Positions 1 through 9,687 of a stretch of 36,284 nt of DNA are shown here, in pieces. The notes beneath the pieces are model-generated. The model was given only the letters and a program-made list of their open reading frames with translations, did no database searches and was not told where the DNA came from. A program made the position numbers and the translations under genes. Source of the DNA: Patescibacteria group bacterium (GTDB lineage Bacteria; Patescibacteriota; UBA1384; CAJBMM01); NCBI GenBank assembly GCA_041660565.1, contig JBAZWC010000001.1:136197-172480 (forward strand), in the 5' to 3' direction. Numbering within the stretch: the stretch's first letter is position 1; every line of letters begins with the position of its first letter.

Positions 1-184
1 TACAATAAATGTGTTGTGGAATAGCAGCGACGAAATCATACAAAGTATGATGTCTGACCATCAGTATTTGGATATGGTGCAAAAGAGTACCAGATCTACT
101 GTGAAGCATCAACCAAATTTGGGTGATCAATTTATCCAAGTAGATTTGAACGGTCGTAAGATAGACTTACAGTTTAAAAAGTAG
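1..184 (+). CDS. 3' end of an unidentified upstream CDS (last ~60 codons)
   Basis: Frame 2 is open from the window edge to TAG at 182-184 (...GDQFIQVDLNGRKIDLQFKK*), 11 nt before the next gene. It is truncated, so it is absent from the ORF track. The product is not recognisable from this fragment. Confidence 0.35.
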   Translation, partial: TINVLWNSSDEIIQSMMSDHQYLDMVQKSTRSTVKHQPNLGDQFIQVDLNGRKIDLQFKK

Positions 185-195
185 ACACAAAAATA

Positions 196-1329
196 ATGTT
201 TTCAAAACTGAAATCGGTAGATTTACTATTATTTTTATTTCCGATAATGCTTTGGATTATCGGGTGTGTGGTGCTGTGGTCGCTTACTTTTGCTAGCACC
301 GATATTGGTACTCACAATTTAGCCATTAAACAAGTTGAATTTGGAGTTATTGGCATAATATCGATGATAATTTTGTCATTGGTAGATTACCGGTCGCTTC
401 GGTCTAATGTGATAATAATTTGTGTAGTCACAGTTGCTTTGCTGATTGCGGTGGAATTAGTTGGGAAGACTAGTCTGGGTGCTACCAGATGGCTAGATCT
501 TAAATTTTTTCAACTGCAACCGTCTGAATTAGCCAAAATGGCTTTAATTATCACATTATCCGCCTTTTTATCTCCAAGATTAGACAATCCAAATTTTAAA
601 ACTTTATTTGCTGCATTGTTTATTTTGATCGTGCCACTTGGCCTTGTGATCACTCAGCCAGATTTGGGCACGGCGATGATATTGGTAGCAATCTTTTTAG
701 GCCTAATATTTATGCTTAAATTGCGCCGTGCCCACTACGCGGTGATATTGATATCAATTTTATTGGTCCTGACCGCTTCGGTGCTAGCGTTTTATCGCGT
801 TGCTCCATTTTCAAATTTACTTCATGATTATCAACGTAATCGAGTAGAAACGTTTCTTAACCCCGAAAGTGATCCGCTAGGGAAGGGATACAACGTGCGA
901 CAGGCGGTTATTGCAATCGGAAATGGCGGATTGTGGGGCAAAGGCCTTGGCCAAGAGGTTGGCCACCTTTCCCAATTAAACTTTTTGCCAAAGGCCTACA
1001 CAGATTTTATTTTTGCTGCTACTGCAGAATCGGTTGGTTTTGTTGGTGCGGCGTTGGTGCTGTTTGTTTACGCCGGGATCTTTTGGCGAATAATTATTGC
1101 TGCGGTTACCGCAAAAGACAACTTTGCCAACTTAATTTGCTTTGGTTTCTCACTAATGTTGTTATTTTCGGTGTTGGTTAACGTGGGGATGAATTTAGGG
1201 ATAATGCCAGTAACCGGAATTCCACTGCCGTTTATTAGCGCCGGCGGCACGGCGTTAATAGTAAACTTTATGCTGCTGGGAATAATCCAGAGTATTATTA
1301 TCCGCCGAAAAGCCATTAAATTTGACTAA
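196..1329 (+). CDS. SEDS-family peptidoglycan polymerase (FtsW/RodA/SpoVE family)
   Basis: 377 aa polytopic membrane protein with family-typical motifs: QPSELAKM, ITQPDLGTA, NFLPKAYTDFIFAATAESVGFVGA, GIPLPFISAGGTA. I cannot separate RodA from FtsW by eye. Confidence 0.9.
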   Translation: MFSKLKSVDLLLFLFPIMLWIIGCVVLWSLTFASTDIGTHNLAIKQVEFGVIGIISMIILSLVDYRSLRSNVIIICVVTVALLIAVELVGKTSLGATRWLDLKFFQLQPSELAKMALIITLSAFLSPRLDNPNFKTLFAALFILIVPLGLVITQPDLGTAMILVAIFLGLIFMLKLRRAHYAVILISILLVLTASVLAFYRVAPFSNLLHDYQRNRVETFLNPESDPLGKGYNVRQAVIAIGNGGLWGKGLGQEVGHLSQLNFLPKAYTDFIFAATAESVGFVGAALVLFVYAGIFWRIIIAAVTAKDNFANLICFGFSLMLLFSVLVNVGMNLGIMPVTGIPLPFISAGGTALIVNFMLLGIIQSIIIRRKAIKFD

Positions 1330-1364
1330 TCCGGCGGTCTCGGAGAGGAGATAGACGTAGCTAA

Positions 1365-1555
1365 CTGTCATTTCGACCCAATGAGAATGTCAATTCGAAT
1401 ATGTTGGAGAAATCTTCAGAAAGAACCCCTTCCAGTTTTTCTTTGAGATCTCTCCACCCCGCTAAGCGGGGTATCGGAACGCTCAGCGTCCCACCCTCGA
1501 GACAATGCTCGAGGCTCTGCCCGTAGGCTACGCCCGGAGGGAGTCGAGATGACAG
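1365..1555 (+). mobile_element. MITE-like non-coding palindromic element (TGTCAT-headed family)
   Basis: Terminal inverted repeats ctgtcatttcgac (1365-1377) and gtcgagatgacag (1543-1555) match 12/13. The interior carries small palindromes ccccgctaagcgggg and ggaacgctcagcgtccc. The left part recurs inside tgt (24771-24839) and the interior recurs inverted at 22874-22912. Confidence 0.7.
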
Positions 1556-1718
1556 CGGTGGTGTATTGTCTTACTTCATAAGGTTCTTAATTCATATTCC
1601 AAAATGTTGCATTATGTCATTCATTATGTTATTGTAGATTTAACAGAATAAATTAATAATATACTCTGACAAAAGAGTATAGTATTGTTTTGCAAAAATT
1701 TAGATTTAAGGAGACGAT

Positions 1719-2021
1719 GTGCCAGTATTAGTTAAGGTCAAAGGAAAACAATTTTGGGTTGATAAAGGCGATACAATTACCGTGGATCGCTTTTTAGACG
1801 AAATAAATGCTAAAATTGAATTGCCGGCCGTGCTGTCTGTCGTTGAAAAATCAAAGACCACATTAACCCCAAAGGTTACAGTATCAGCGGTGGTAATGGC
1901 GCACACACAGGGAACTAAAATTCGCGTATTTAAACATCACGCCAAAAAAAGATATCGAAAAACCCAAGGGCATCGTCAGCAACAAACTATCCTAAAAATT
2001 GAGCAAATTGAGACAAAATAA
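1719..2021 (+). CDS. rplU: 50S ribosomal protein L21
   Basis: 100 aa, GTG start with AAGGAGA 5 nt upstream. L21-like N-terminus (KGKQFWVDKGDTITVDR) and basic tail (VFKHHAKKRYRKTQGHRQQQT). Confidence 0.85.
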   Translation: MPVLVKVKGKQFWVDKGDTITVDRFLDEINAKIELPAVLSVVEKSKTTLTPKVTVSAVVMAHTQGTKIRVFKHHAKKRYRKTQGHRQQQTILKIEQIETK

Positions 2022-2215
2022 TGGTTTCGCCGATTCAATATTTAAAAGATGTTTATCAAGAGGTTCAACGAGTTGTTTGGCCTGCACCAAAAACGGTTTT
2101 GGCGCACACCGGCATCGTCGCTCTCTCGATGATTGGATTAATTGCCTTGGTTTCGGCAATCGATTATCTGTTTATTTCAATAATTAAAGCAATTTTGTTT
2201 AAGGGGCAACTATGA
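2021..2215 (+). CDS. secE: preprotein translocase subunit SecE (single-TM form)
   Basis: 64 aa. YLKDVYQEVQRVVWP followed by one TM helix is the typical short SecE layout. It sits immediately upstream of nusG, its start overlaps the rplU stop (TAATG), and its stop TGA overlaps the nusG ATG. Confidence 0.8.
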   Translation: MVSPIQYLKDVYQEVQRVVWPAPKTVLAHTGIVALSMIGLIALVSAIDYLFISIIKAILFKGQL

Positions 2216-2838
2216 ACGCCAAAAAAACACCCGCTACAAAAAATGTCGAAGTTCAGGCCGAAGTGGTAGAAGAATCAAACGCAGAGGTTACTTTCTCTTC
2301 AACTAGCCCGGTAGAAAACTGCCATTGGTATGTTATTCACACCTATTCCGGTTATGAAGAGCAAGTGGCACAGAACTTGCGACAACGTATTCAAACCATG
2401 AATATGGAAGAAAAAATTTTTAACGTGCTAGTGCCAAAAGAAAAACAGATTGAAATCAAAAATGGTAAGCGCAAAACCGTTGAAAACCGCATTTTCCCCG
2501 GTTATGTGATGGTGCAAATGGTGGTGACGGAAGATAGTTGGTACGTTGTACGTAACACACCTAACGTAACCGGATTTATTGGATTTGGCATTCATCCAAC
2601 CCCAATTTCAGAAGAAGAAGTAGAACGCATTAAAAAACGAATGGGTATTGAAGAGCCAAAATATCAAATTGACTTTGATGTTGATGATTTGGTCCGTATT
2701 ACAGATGGCGCGTTGAAGAACTTTGAAGCCAAAGTAATAGATGTTGATCGAACCAAAGGTAAAATTAAAGTTTCAGTAAATATGTTTGGCCGTGAAACCC
2801 CGGTAACTCTTGATTCACTTCAAGTTAAGAAGATGTAA
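2212..2838 (+). CDS. nusG: transcription termination/antitermination factor NusG
   Basis: 208 aa. NGN motif WYVIHTYSGYE, FPGYVMVQM, and a C-terminal KOW-like segment (DLVRITDGALKNFEAKVIDVD). secE-nusG-rplK synteny. Confidence 0.92.
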   Translation: MNAKKTPATKNVEVQAEVVEESNAEVTFSSTSPVENCHWYVIHTYSGYEEQVAQNLRQRIQTMNMEEKIFNVLVPKEKQIEIKNGKRKTVENRIFPGYVMVQMVVTEDSWYVVRNTPNVTGFIGFGIHPTPISEEEVERIKKRMGIEEPKYQIDFDVDDLVRITDGALKNFEAKVIDVDRTKGKIKVSVNMFGRETPVTLDSLQVKKM

Positions 2839-2847
2839 AGGATAATA

Positions 2848-3273
2848 ATGGCAAAAAAGATTAAACAACAAATTAAGATCCAGCTTCCGGCTGGTAAAGC
2901 GACTCCAGCCCCACCGGTTGGCCCAGTTTTGGGTGGTACCGGTATTAATATGATGGAATTTTTGACCAAGTTTAACGAACAAACTCGGGAAAAAGGTAAC
3001 GCTGTTATTCCGGTAGAGTTGACTATTTACGAGGATCGGTCATTTTCATTCATCACCAAAGAGCCGCCAGTTGCGTACTTAATCAAACAGGCATTAAAAG
3101 TGGACAAAGGTTCGGCCAGTCAGCGTAAAGAAAAAATTGGCAAACTAACCAAAGATCAAGTTCGTCAAATTGCCGAGCAAAAACTTTCCGATTTATCCGC
3201 AGCCACTGTTGAAGCAGGTATGAACACCGTGGCCGGCACCGCCCGTTCGATGGGTGTTGACGTCGAAAAATAA
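2848..3273 (+). CDS. rplK: 50S ribosomal protein L11
   Basis: 141 aa. [21 protein letters not shown] is the canonical L11 N-terminus. Confidence 0.95.
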   Translation: MAKKIKQQIKIQLPAGKATPAPPVGPVLGGTGINMMEFLTKFNEQTREKGNAVIPVELTIYEDRSFSFITKEPPVAYLIKQALKVDKGSASQRKEKIGKLTKDQVRQIAEQKLSDLSAATVEAGMNTVAGTARSMGVDVEK

Positions 3274-3286
3274 ATCAAATATTACA

Positions 3287-3346
3287 AAAGCCCGTAGTAG
3301 ATCAGCCACCAAGGGGGAATGGGGCTGATCATCCACGGGCTTTTTG
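3287..3346 (+). terminator. rho-independent terminator after rplK
   Basis: Long imperfect stem aaagcccgtagtagatcagcc / ggctgatcatccacgggcttt followed by a T-run (ctttttgttg). Confidence 0.7.
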
Positions 3347-3352
3347 TTGTAG

Positions 3353-3425
3353 TTAGAATACTACCTACGTGGGGAAAAGCCAAAGGAGGGGCATAGCTTA
3401 TCGACCATCGTAGATAGTATCCTAA
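3353..3425. repeat. 17-nt inverted repeat (long hairpin) upstream of mfd
   Basis: ttagaatactacctacg (3353-3369) versus cgtagatagtatcctaa (3409-3425) gives 15/17 complementary, with a 39-nt loop. Confidence 0.5.
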
Positions 3426-3491
3426 CCGCAAAGGATTGAATTATTTAGGTTAACGTGTCATTATAGCATATGGTCTTGCAGAAGTCAATAG

Positions 3492-5360
3492 TTGGAGTCG
3501 ATTTTGAATCAAAACAACCTTTCGTTATCAATCAATCAACACGTAACACAGTCAGACATCATTCGCTGGCTAAACGATAACTGTTATTCGAGATCAGAAA
3601 CCATTTCATCCTATGGACAATACTCCGTTATTGGTGATGTTATTAAGATATTTCCGGTTAATTATCCTAATCCTTTCCAAATATCTTTTTACGGTGATCT
3701 TATAGAAAGTATGCAAAAGTATGCAGATGATCAGAAAACACTAGTTGACCACATGAACATATCACCTAACATTGTAGACTCGGACGAGTTGCGCTTTGAG
3801 CCTGGGCAGTACGTCGTGCACGTAGATCATGGTATCGGATTGTTCAAAACGCTCGGACTTCGTCGCACAGATCAATTTGTAGAAAATAATCTGAGCCATC
3901 GCTTAGAATACCAACCATTTCTGATTATTGAGTATGCCGATGGGGGAGAGTTATTTGTCCCGCCAGAACAATCCGGCAAATTAACGCACTATGTTGGCGC
4001 GCGTCATCCGGTTTTAAGCAAACTGGGATCTCAACGTTGGCAAACCACCAAAAAGAAAATTGAAGAAAGCTTATTTAAAATGTCGCGTGAGCTGCTATTA
4101 ATTGCGGCAAAACGTCAGATAAAACAAAGATCGCCACTTAAAATTCAAGGCGATTGGATAAAGTTGATGTCGGATCAATTCCCGTACGATGAAACCGACG
4201 ATCAGTACAAAGCAATTGAAGCGGTGCTGTCTGATTTATCATCAACCAGAATAATGGATCGTCTTATTTGCGGCGACGCTGGTTTTGGCAAGACCGAGGT
4301 GGCGGTGCGGGCGGCGGGGGCTTGTGCAAGCGCCGGATATCAAGTGGCAATTCTAACTCCAACTACCATCTTGGCGCGTCAGCACACTGCCACTTTTACA
4401 AATCGTTTAGCCAGTTTGCCGATCAATATTGTAGAACTAAGCCGGTTTGTATCCGAAAAAGATCAGCAAAGCGCGATAGAACGAATCTCATCCGGTAAAG
4501 CCGACATTATTATTGGTACTCACAGATTGTTATCAAAAGATGTTAAATTTCATAACCTGGGAATGTTGATTGTGGACGAGGAGCAGAAATTTGGAGTAAA
4601 ACACAAAGAAGCCATCAAACATCAACGCGCCGAAGTGGATGTGCTAACGTTGTCCGCAACCCCAATTCCGCGGACGTTATTCCTGGGCCTGTCTGGGTTA
4701 CGTGATATTAGTTTGATCGTCTCACCGCCCAAAAAGCGTCTGCCAACTATTTCCAAAGTTGGAAAAACCGACGAAGGAATAATCATTCAAGCACTAAAAG
4801 AGGAAAAAGCGCGAGGAGGACAATCGTTTATTTTGCATAATGAAGTTGAAACAATTTCTAACCGAGTTGATCAGCTTAGAAAACAATTGCCAGATCATGT
4901 AATTAAATTTGCTCACGGGCAGATGCCAGAGAACCAGCTTGCCAACACTATGTCCGAGATGATTAACGGCAAAATTGATGTATTGGTTACCTCGACTATT
5001 ATTGAAAACGGTTTGGATATTCCAAATGCCAATACCTTGATTGTGGAAAAAGCCGATCATTTTGGTTTGTCTGATCTGTATCAAATTAGAGGACGAATTG
5101 GCCGGAGTGATAAGCAATCATACGCCTACTTCTTTTATGCTGTCCCAGAGCTATCGCAACTTGCTCGACAGCGATTTACCGCGTTGCTCGAATCGGATCA
5201 ACTTGGTAGCGGCTACACCATCGCCACACGCGACCTAGAGATTCGCGGTGGGGGAAACGTGCTTGGCAAAGAACAGCACGGCAATATGGAGGCCGTTGGT
5301 CTATCTTTATATACAAAAATGTTGCAACTGGTTATCAAAAAAATGCAAGAAAGAGCTTAG
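3492..5360 (+). CDS. mfd: transcription-repair coupling factor, short form (RID + superfamily-2 translocase only)
   Basis: 622 aa. CarD/TRCF RNAP-interaction motif GQYVVHVDHGIGLF, Walker A GDAGFGKTEVA, DEEQKFG, and a TRG-like segment ATRDLEIRGGGNVLGKEQHG. The TTG start is uncertain. Confidence 0.75.
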   Translation: MESILNQNNLSLSINQHVTQSDIIRWLNDNCYSRSETISSYGQYSVIGDVIKIFPVNYPNPFQISFYGDLIESMQKYADDQKTLVDHMNISPNIVDSDELRFEPGQYVVHVDHGIGLFKTLGLRRTDQFVENNLSHRLEYQPFLIIEYADGGELFVPPEQSGKLTHYVGARHPVLSKLGSQRWQTTKKKIEESLFKMSRELLLIAAKRQIKQRSPLKIQGDWIKLMSDQFPYDETDDQYKAIEAVLSDLSSTRIMDRLICGDAGFGKTEVAVRAAGACASAGYQVAILTPTTILARQHTATFTNRLASLPINIVELSRFVSEKDQQSAIERISSGKADIIIGTHRLLSKDVKFHNLGMLIVDEEQKFGVKHKEAIKHQRAEVDVLTLSATPIPRTLFLGLSGLRDISLIVSPPKKRLPTISKVGKTDEGIIIQALKEEKARGGQSFILHNEVETISNRVDQLRKQLPDHVIKFAHGQMPENQLANTMSEMINGKIDVLVTSTIIENGLDIPNANTLIVEKADHFGLSDLYQIRGRIGRSDKQSYAYFFYAVPELSQLARQRFTALLESDQLGSGYTIATRDLEIRGGGNVLGKEQHGNMEAVGLSLYTKMLQLVIKKMQERA

Positions 5361-5716
5361 GCGGCTTCCTCGGCACCAAAACCGTTTGCCTCGTAAACTT
5401 GTGGTAGCAAGTCGGTTAGAGTTTCTAAATTTTGGTTTATAACGGCCTCGTAGTGAAGATCGTCAGTCAAAAATCCTAATGTAAGCTCGGACGCATGATG
5501 GTCGCAATCAACGCATTTATAATCGGCGGGTACGTCTTGCAATGTGTAGCAATTAGAACAAATGCCCGTTTTACCATCAAAATGCTCATCTAATAATCTA
5601 AGCAATTCTTCTCGGTCTTTATGATCTAGCTTTAGTAACTCGGCTTTCTGATTGGTTGTGTGATCTTTTTCCACTCTATCAAAATCAATGCTCGTTTGTC
5701 CTTCTGGTGATTTCAT
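5357..5716 (-). CDS. hypothetical protein with CxxC-x13-CxxC zinc-ribbon-like motif
   Basis: 119 aa and the only convincing minus-strand ORF. GGAG lies ~10 nt upstream of the ATG. Motif CSNCYTLQDVPADYKCVDC. Convergent with mfd, overlapping it by 4 nt. Confidence 0.5.
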   Translation of the reverse strand: MKSPEGQTSIDFDRVEKDHTTNQKAELLKLDHKDREELLRLLDEHFDGKTGICSNCYTLQDVPADYKCVDCDHHASELTLGFLTDDLHYEAVINQNLETLTDLLPQVYEANGFGAEEAA

Positions 5717-5775
5717 ATTATCTCAACTCCGATTATTTAATTTACTCATCTATAATATACATATAGTATTATATT

Positions 5776-6858
5776 ATGTCTAAATCAAATTATACCCATA
5801 ACGAATTATTATTACTATCCGGTTTTTATAAAATTGGGCCGGTGGGATATCAAAAACTAGTAGCATCGGAGACAGATTTAATCAGATGTTCCGCGTCAAA
5901 TCTTACTCAAGTGGGGATTAAGCCTCAGACCGCAGCTGAATTTATCCAATTTCGCGATCAGTTTGATGTAGATTACGCTCGCGAAAAATTAGATGAGTGT
6001 AACGTCAAAACGGTGGCGATTACCGATGATGAGTATCCGACAATGCTTAAAGAAATTACCGATCCGCCTTACCTACTTTACGTGTTAGGTGATACCGCGG
6101 TGTTAAATTCGGTTTGTTTGGCGGTGGTAGGCAGTCGCAATCATTCGCATTATGGCGTGGCGGCGGTAGAGAAATTAATACCCGATGTGGTGGCGCACGG
6201 CATCACCATTGTTTCCGGTCTGGCTTACGGCATAGATGCCAAGGCGCACCGAATGTGTGTTGAATCCGAGGGCAAAACAGTTGCAGTGGTGGGGTCCGGA
6301 CTAGACAAACTGTACCCCACCGACAATCAGTTACTGGCGCGTGACATTATTAAAACAGGCGGCGCCATTATCTCCGAATATCCGCTGGGCACCGCTCCCT
6401 TGCGCCAACATTTTCCGGCACGAAATCGAATAATCTCAGGAATTTCTCAAGCCACGTTGGTAATTGAATGTGATATCAAAAGCGGCGCCATGATTACTGC
6501 TCACCACGCTATCGACCAAAATAGGGATGTTTTGGCGTTGCCGGGCACTATTACCAGCGGGTTTTCAGCCGGACCGAATAGGTTAATTAAAATGGGTGCA
6601 AAGTTAATAGAGAGTTCGCAGGATATTATCGAGAATTATAATTTATCATGGTCGGGCAATAAAAATCAGTTGATCGCAGAGCCGATGAAGGGGCACGAAC
6701 AGGCGGTTTTTGAATTACTATCAACCGACCCGGTTCATATTGACCAATTGATAGAATTATCTACACTAAAAAGTGATGAGGTAGGTTCTGCCTTGCTTTT
6801 TTTGGAGATGAAAGGCCTGGTGCGCAACATCGGCGCAGCAAATTATGTTCGGCGATAA
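5776..6858 (+). CDS. dprA: DNA-processing protein DprA (Smf)
   Basis: 360 aa. VVGSRNHSHYG, SGLAYGIDAKAHR, FPARNRIISG. Upstream of topA, as in many bacteria. Confidence 0.9.
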   Translation: MSKSNYTHNELLLLSGFYKIGPVGYQKLVASETDLIRCSASNLTQVGIKPQTAAEFIQFRDQFDVDYAREKLDECNVKTVAITDDEYPTMLKEITDPPYLLYVLGDTAVLNSVCLAVVGSRNHSHYGVAAVEKLIPDVVAHGITIVSGLAYGIDAKAHRMCVESEGKTVAVVGSGLDKLYPTDNQLLARDIIKTGGAIISEYPLGTAPLRQHFPARNRIISGISQATLVIECDIKSGAMITAHHAIDQNRDVLALPGTITSGFSAGPNRLIKMGAKLIESSQDIIENYNLSWSGNKNQLIAEPMKGHEQAVFELLSTDPVHIDQLIELSTLKSDEVGSALLFLEMKGLVRNIGAANYVRR

Positions 6859-6913
6859 TTTTGTATTAACTAATATATATGATATAAACAATAAGTCTAT
6901 TTAGGAGAATGCT

Positions 6914-9064
6914 TTGTCAAAACAATTAATGATCGTGGAATCGCCGGCTAAGGCCAAAACAATTACTAAATTTTTAGGTAGTGGGTTTAAAGTGATGGCA
7001 TCGTACGGCCACGTACGTGATTTGCCAACCAAAGGTCTGGGTATAGACGTTGACCATAACTTTGAGCCAACCTATGTTGTCCCTCCCAAAGCCAAATCAG
7101 TGATTATCGCGTTACAAAAAGAGCTCAAAGACAGTGAGGGATTGTATTTGGCCACTGACTTGGATAGAGAAGGAGAAGCGATTTCTTGGCATTTGGAACA
7201 GGTATTAAAGACCAAATTGCCCGCTAAGCGTATTACATTTCATGAAATTAGCAAAAGTGCCATTGACGATGCGATTAAGCATTCCCGTCAAATTGACGCC
7301 AACTTGGTAGAGGCGCAAACCGCTCGCAGAGTGTTAGACCGATTGGTCGGTTACACTCTGTCTCCATTTTTATGGCAAAAAGTGGCCGCGCGCCTGTCTG
7401 CCGGGCGGGTACAATCGGTAACGGTGCGGTTAGTGGTGGAAAAAGAGCGCGAAATTCAAGCGTTTAAGGCAGTAGAATATTGGTCTGTGATTGCCGTTTT
7501 GAATAAAAAGGGTGATTCAATCCAATTTAATGCCGATTTAGTAGCGATTGATGACAAAACGATCGGACGCACAGCGCTATCCGAAAAACAGGCAAAGTCG
7601 GTAGAGTCAACGCTTAAATCTGCTAGTTATAAAATTACTCAAATTGATAAAAAAGAGGTATTCAAATCACCGCCACCGCCATACACCACTAGTACGTTGC
7701 AACAAGAGGCAAACCGTAAATTGGGCTGGTCGGCCAAGCGAACCATGACCGTGGCGCAGCATTTATACGAAGATGGTTTTATCACCTATATGCGTACCGA
7801 TTCGGTGCAAATGGCAAAGTCGGCCATTAATGAGGCTCGCGATGTGGCAAAAAATAGCTTTGGAGCAGAATTTGTGCCCACAAATCCGCGGTTCTTTGCC
7901 AATCGTACCAAAGGCGCGCAAGAAGCTCACGAGGCAATTCGGCCGGTACATTTTTCTTCCGATCCTGATCAGCTTAAAAAAGAATTGGATGCCGGGGCAA
8001 TTCGTTTGTATGAACTAATTTGGAAGCGTGCTTTAGCCAGTCAGATGGCAGACGCCAAGTTTGAGCGCACCGCGGTAAATATTGCAGCGGCAAATTGTAT
8101 GTTTAGGGCAAACGGGCAAATTCCACTATTCCTCGGTTATCTTAAGGTCTATATCGAAACCAAGGCCGAAGCCGAAGAAGAGATTGAAGGGGTTTTGCCA
8201 AAACTACTGGAAGGCGATTTATTGCATTTGAATGATCTGTTAGTTGAACAGCACTTTACCGAGCCTCCGGCGCGGTACACCGAAGCCAGCTTGGTCAAAA
8301 TGCTGGAAGAGTTAGAGATCGGGCGGCCATCAACCTATGCGCCTACGCTGGAGACTATCCAGAATAGGGGATACGTGGTGCTGGAGGAGAAAAAATTTAT
8401 CCCCACCGACATTGGTATGTTGGTCACAGATTTATTGGTGGAGCATTTTGCCTCAATCGTCGATTATCAATTTACCGCCGAGCTTGAGGAAAAGTTAGAT
8501 GATATCGCCGAAGGCAAGCGTCAACGAGTTCAAGTTTTGTCCGAATTCTATACTCCGTACTCAAAATTGCTTAAGCAAAAGAGCAAAGAGCTGAAAAAAG
8601 ACGAAATCATGCAAGAGGAAACTGACCAAAAATGCCCTAAGTGCGGCAAGAATTTGGTAATTAAAACCGGACGCTTTGGCCGTTTTTACTCTTGCTCCGG
8701 ATATCCTGATTGCGACTATACTGATAAAATCGCCAAGTCTGGCAAACCGGCGGTTGAGCCTAAAACCATTGGCCGTAAATGTCCGGATTGCGGGGAGGAT
8801 TTAGTTGAGCGTGTTGGTCGGTTTGGCGTTTTTGTCGGATGTAGCAGTTTTCCAAAATGCAAATTTATTGAAAGTAAACCATCGGCTAAAATTAAAGCCA
8901 AATGTCCACTTTGCGATAGTCCGTTAGTCGAAAAGCGCACCAAAAAAGCCAAATTGTTTTGGGGCTGCTCAACCTATCCAAAGTGTGATTACGCCACATG
9001 GAACAACCCTGATACGACTCCACCGACACTGGAGAATGGCGGGAATAGCAAAAAAAGTGAATAA
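6914..9064 (+). CDS. topA: DNA topoisomerase I with C-terminal C4 zinc ribbons
   Basis: 716 aa. Toprim start LMIVESPAKAKTI, DLDREGEAISWH, and the active-site region GFITYMRTDS. Four CxxC...CxxC ribbons in the C-terminal 150 aa. Confidence 0.95.
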   Translation: MSKQLMIVESPAKAKTITKFLGSGFKVMASYGHVRDLPTKGLGIDVDHNFEPTYVVPPKAKSVIIALQKELKDSEGLYLATDLDREGEAISWHLEQVLKTKLPAKRITFHEISKSAIDDAIKHSRQIDANLVEAQTARRVLDRLVGYTLSPFLWQKVAARLSAGRVQSVTVRLVVEKEREIQAFKAVEYWSVIAVLNKKGDSIQFNADLVAIDDKTIGRTALSEKQAKSVESTLKSASYKITQIDKKEVFKSPPPPYTTSTLQQEANRKLGWSAKRTMTVAQHLYEDGFITYMRTDSVQMAKSAINEARDVAKNSFGAEFVPTNPRFFANRTKGAQEAHEAIRPVHFSSDPDQLKKELDAGAIRLYELIWKRALASQMADAKFERTAVNIAAANCMFRANGQIPLFLGYLKVYIETKAEAEEEIEGVLPKLLEGDLLHLNDLLVEQHFTEPPARYTEASLVKMLEELEIGRPSTYAPTLETIQNRGYVVLEEKKFIPTDIGMLVTDLLVEHFASIVDYQFTAELEEKLDDIAEGKRQRVQVLSEFYTPYSKLLKQKSKELKKDEIMQEETDQKCPKCGKNLVIKTGRFGRFYSCSGYPDCDYTDKIAKSGKPAVEPKTIGRKCPDCGEDLVERVGRFGVFVGCSSFPKCKFIESKPSAKIKAKCPLCDSPLVEKRTKKAKLFWGCSTYPKCDYATWNNPDTTPPTLENGGNSKKSE

Positions 9065-9672
9065 TGAAAAATCTTTTACCCAAATCAATTGACGAGCTAG
9101 TTGACCAGCTATCGCGGCTGCCCGGCATCGGCCCGAAATCGGCCAGCCGGCTAGCGTTTGCGTTGATGCAACGGTCAAATGAATCTGTGGAGCATCTGGC
9201 TCAAGCAATTTTAATGATCAAAAAAGATTTGCGCTACTGTTCAAAATGCTATCTAATTACAGACAAGCCGGATTTATGTGTGGTTTGTCAAAACGATAAT
9301 CGGGATCAATCGATTATCTGTGTGGTTGAAGAATCGCTAGACGTGGTGGCAATCGAATCTAGCCACGGATTTAACGGAACGTATCATGTTTTAGGCGGGG
9401 TGATATCACCAATAGACGGTGTGGGGCCGGAGCAGCTGACTATCGCAGCGCTAGCAGCACGAATTGGCAGTTCTCCACAGGTTAAAGAAATCATCATCGC
9501 CACCAATCCCACGCTTGAAGGAGAGGCGACATCAATGTATTTGTGTGAACAATTAAAACCATTTAAGATAAAAATAAGCCGAATTGCGCGCGGCTTGCCA
9601 AGTGGCGGAGATTTGGAATATGCTGATGAAGTAACACTTTTAAGAGCGTTAGAAGGTAGACAGGTAGTATAA
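9064..9672 (+). CDS. recR: recombination protein RecR
   Basis: 202 aa. HhH motif LSRLPGIGPKSASRLAF, C4 zinc finger CSKC...CVVC, and a Toprim segment. Confidence 0.95.
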   Translation: MKNLLPKSIDELVDQLSRLPGIGPKSASRLAFALMQRSNESVEHLAQAILMIKKDLRYCSKCYLITDKPDLCVVCQNDNRDQSIICVVEESLDVVAIESSHGFNGTYHVLGGVISPIDGVGPEQLTIAALAARIGSSPQVKEIIIATNPTLEGEATSMYLCEQLKPFKIKISRIARGLPSGGDLEYADEVTLLRALEGRQVV

Positions 9673-9687
9673 AATGGAGGAAATATT

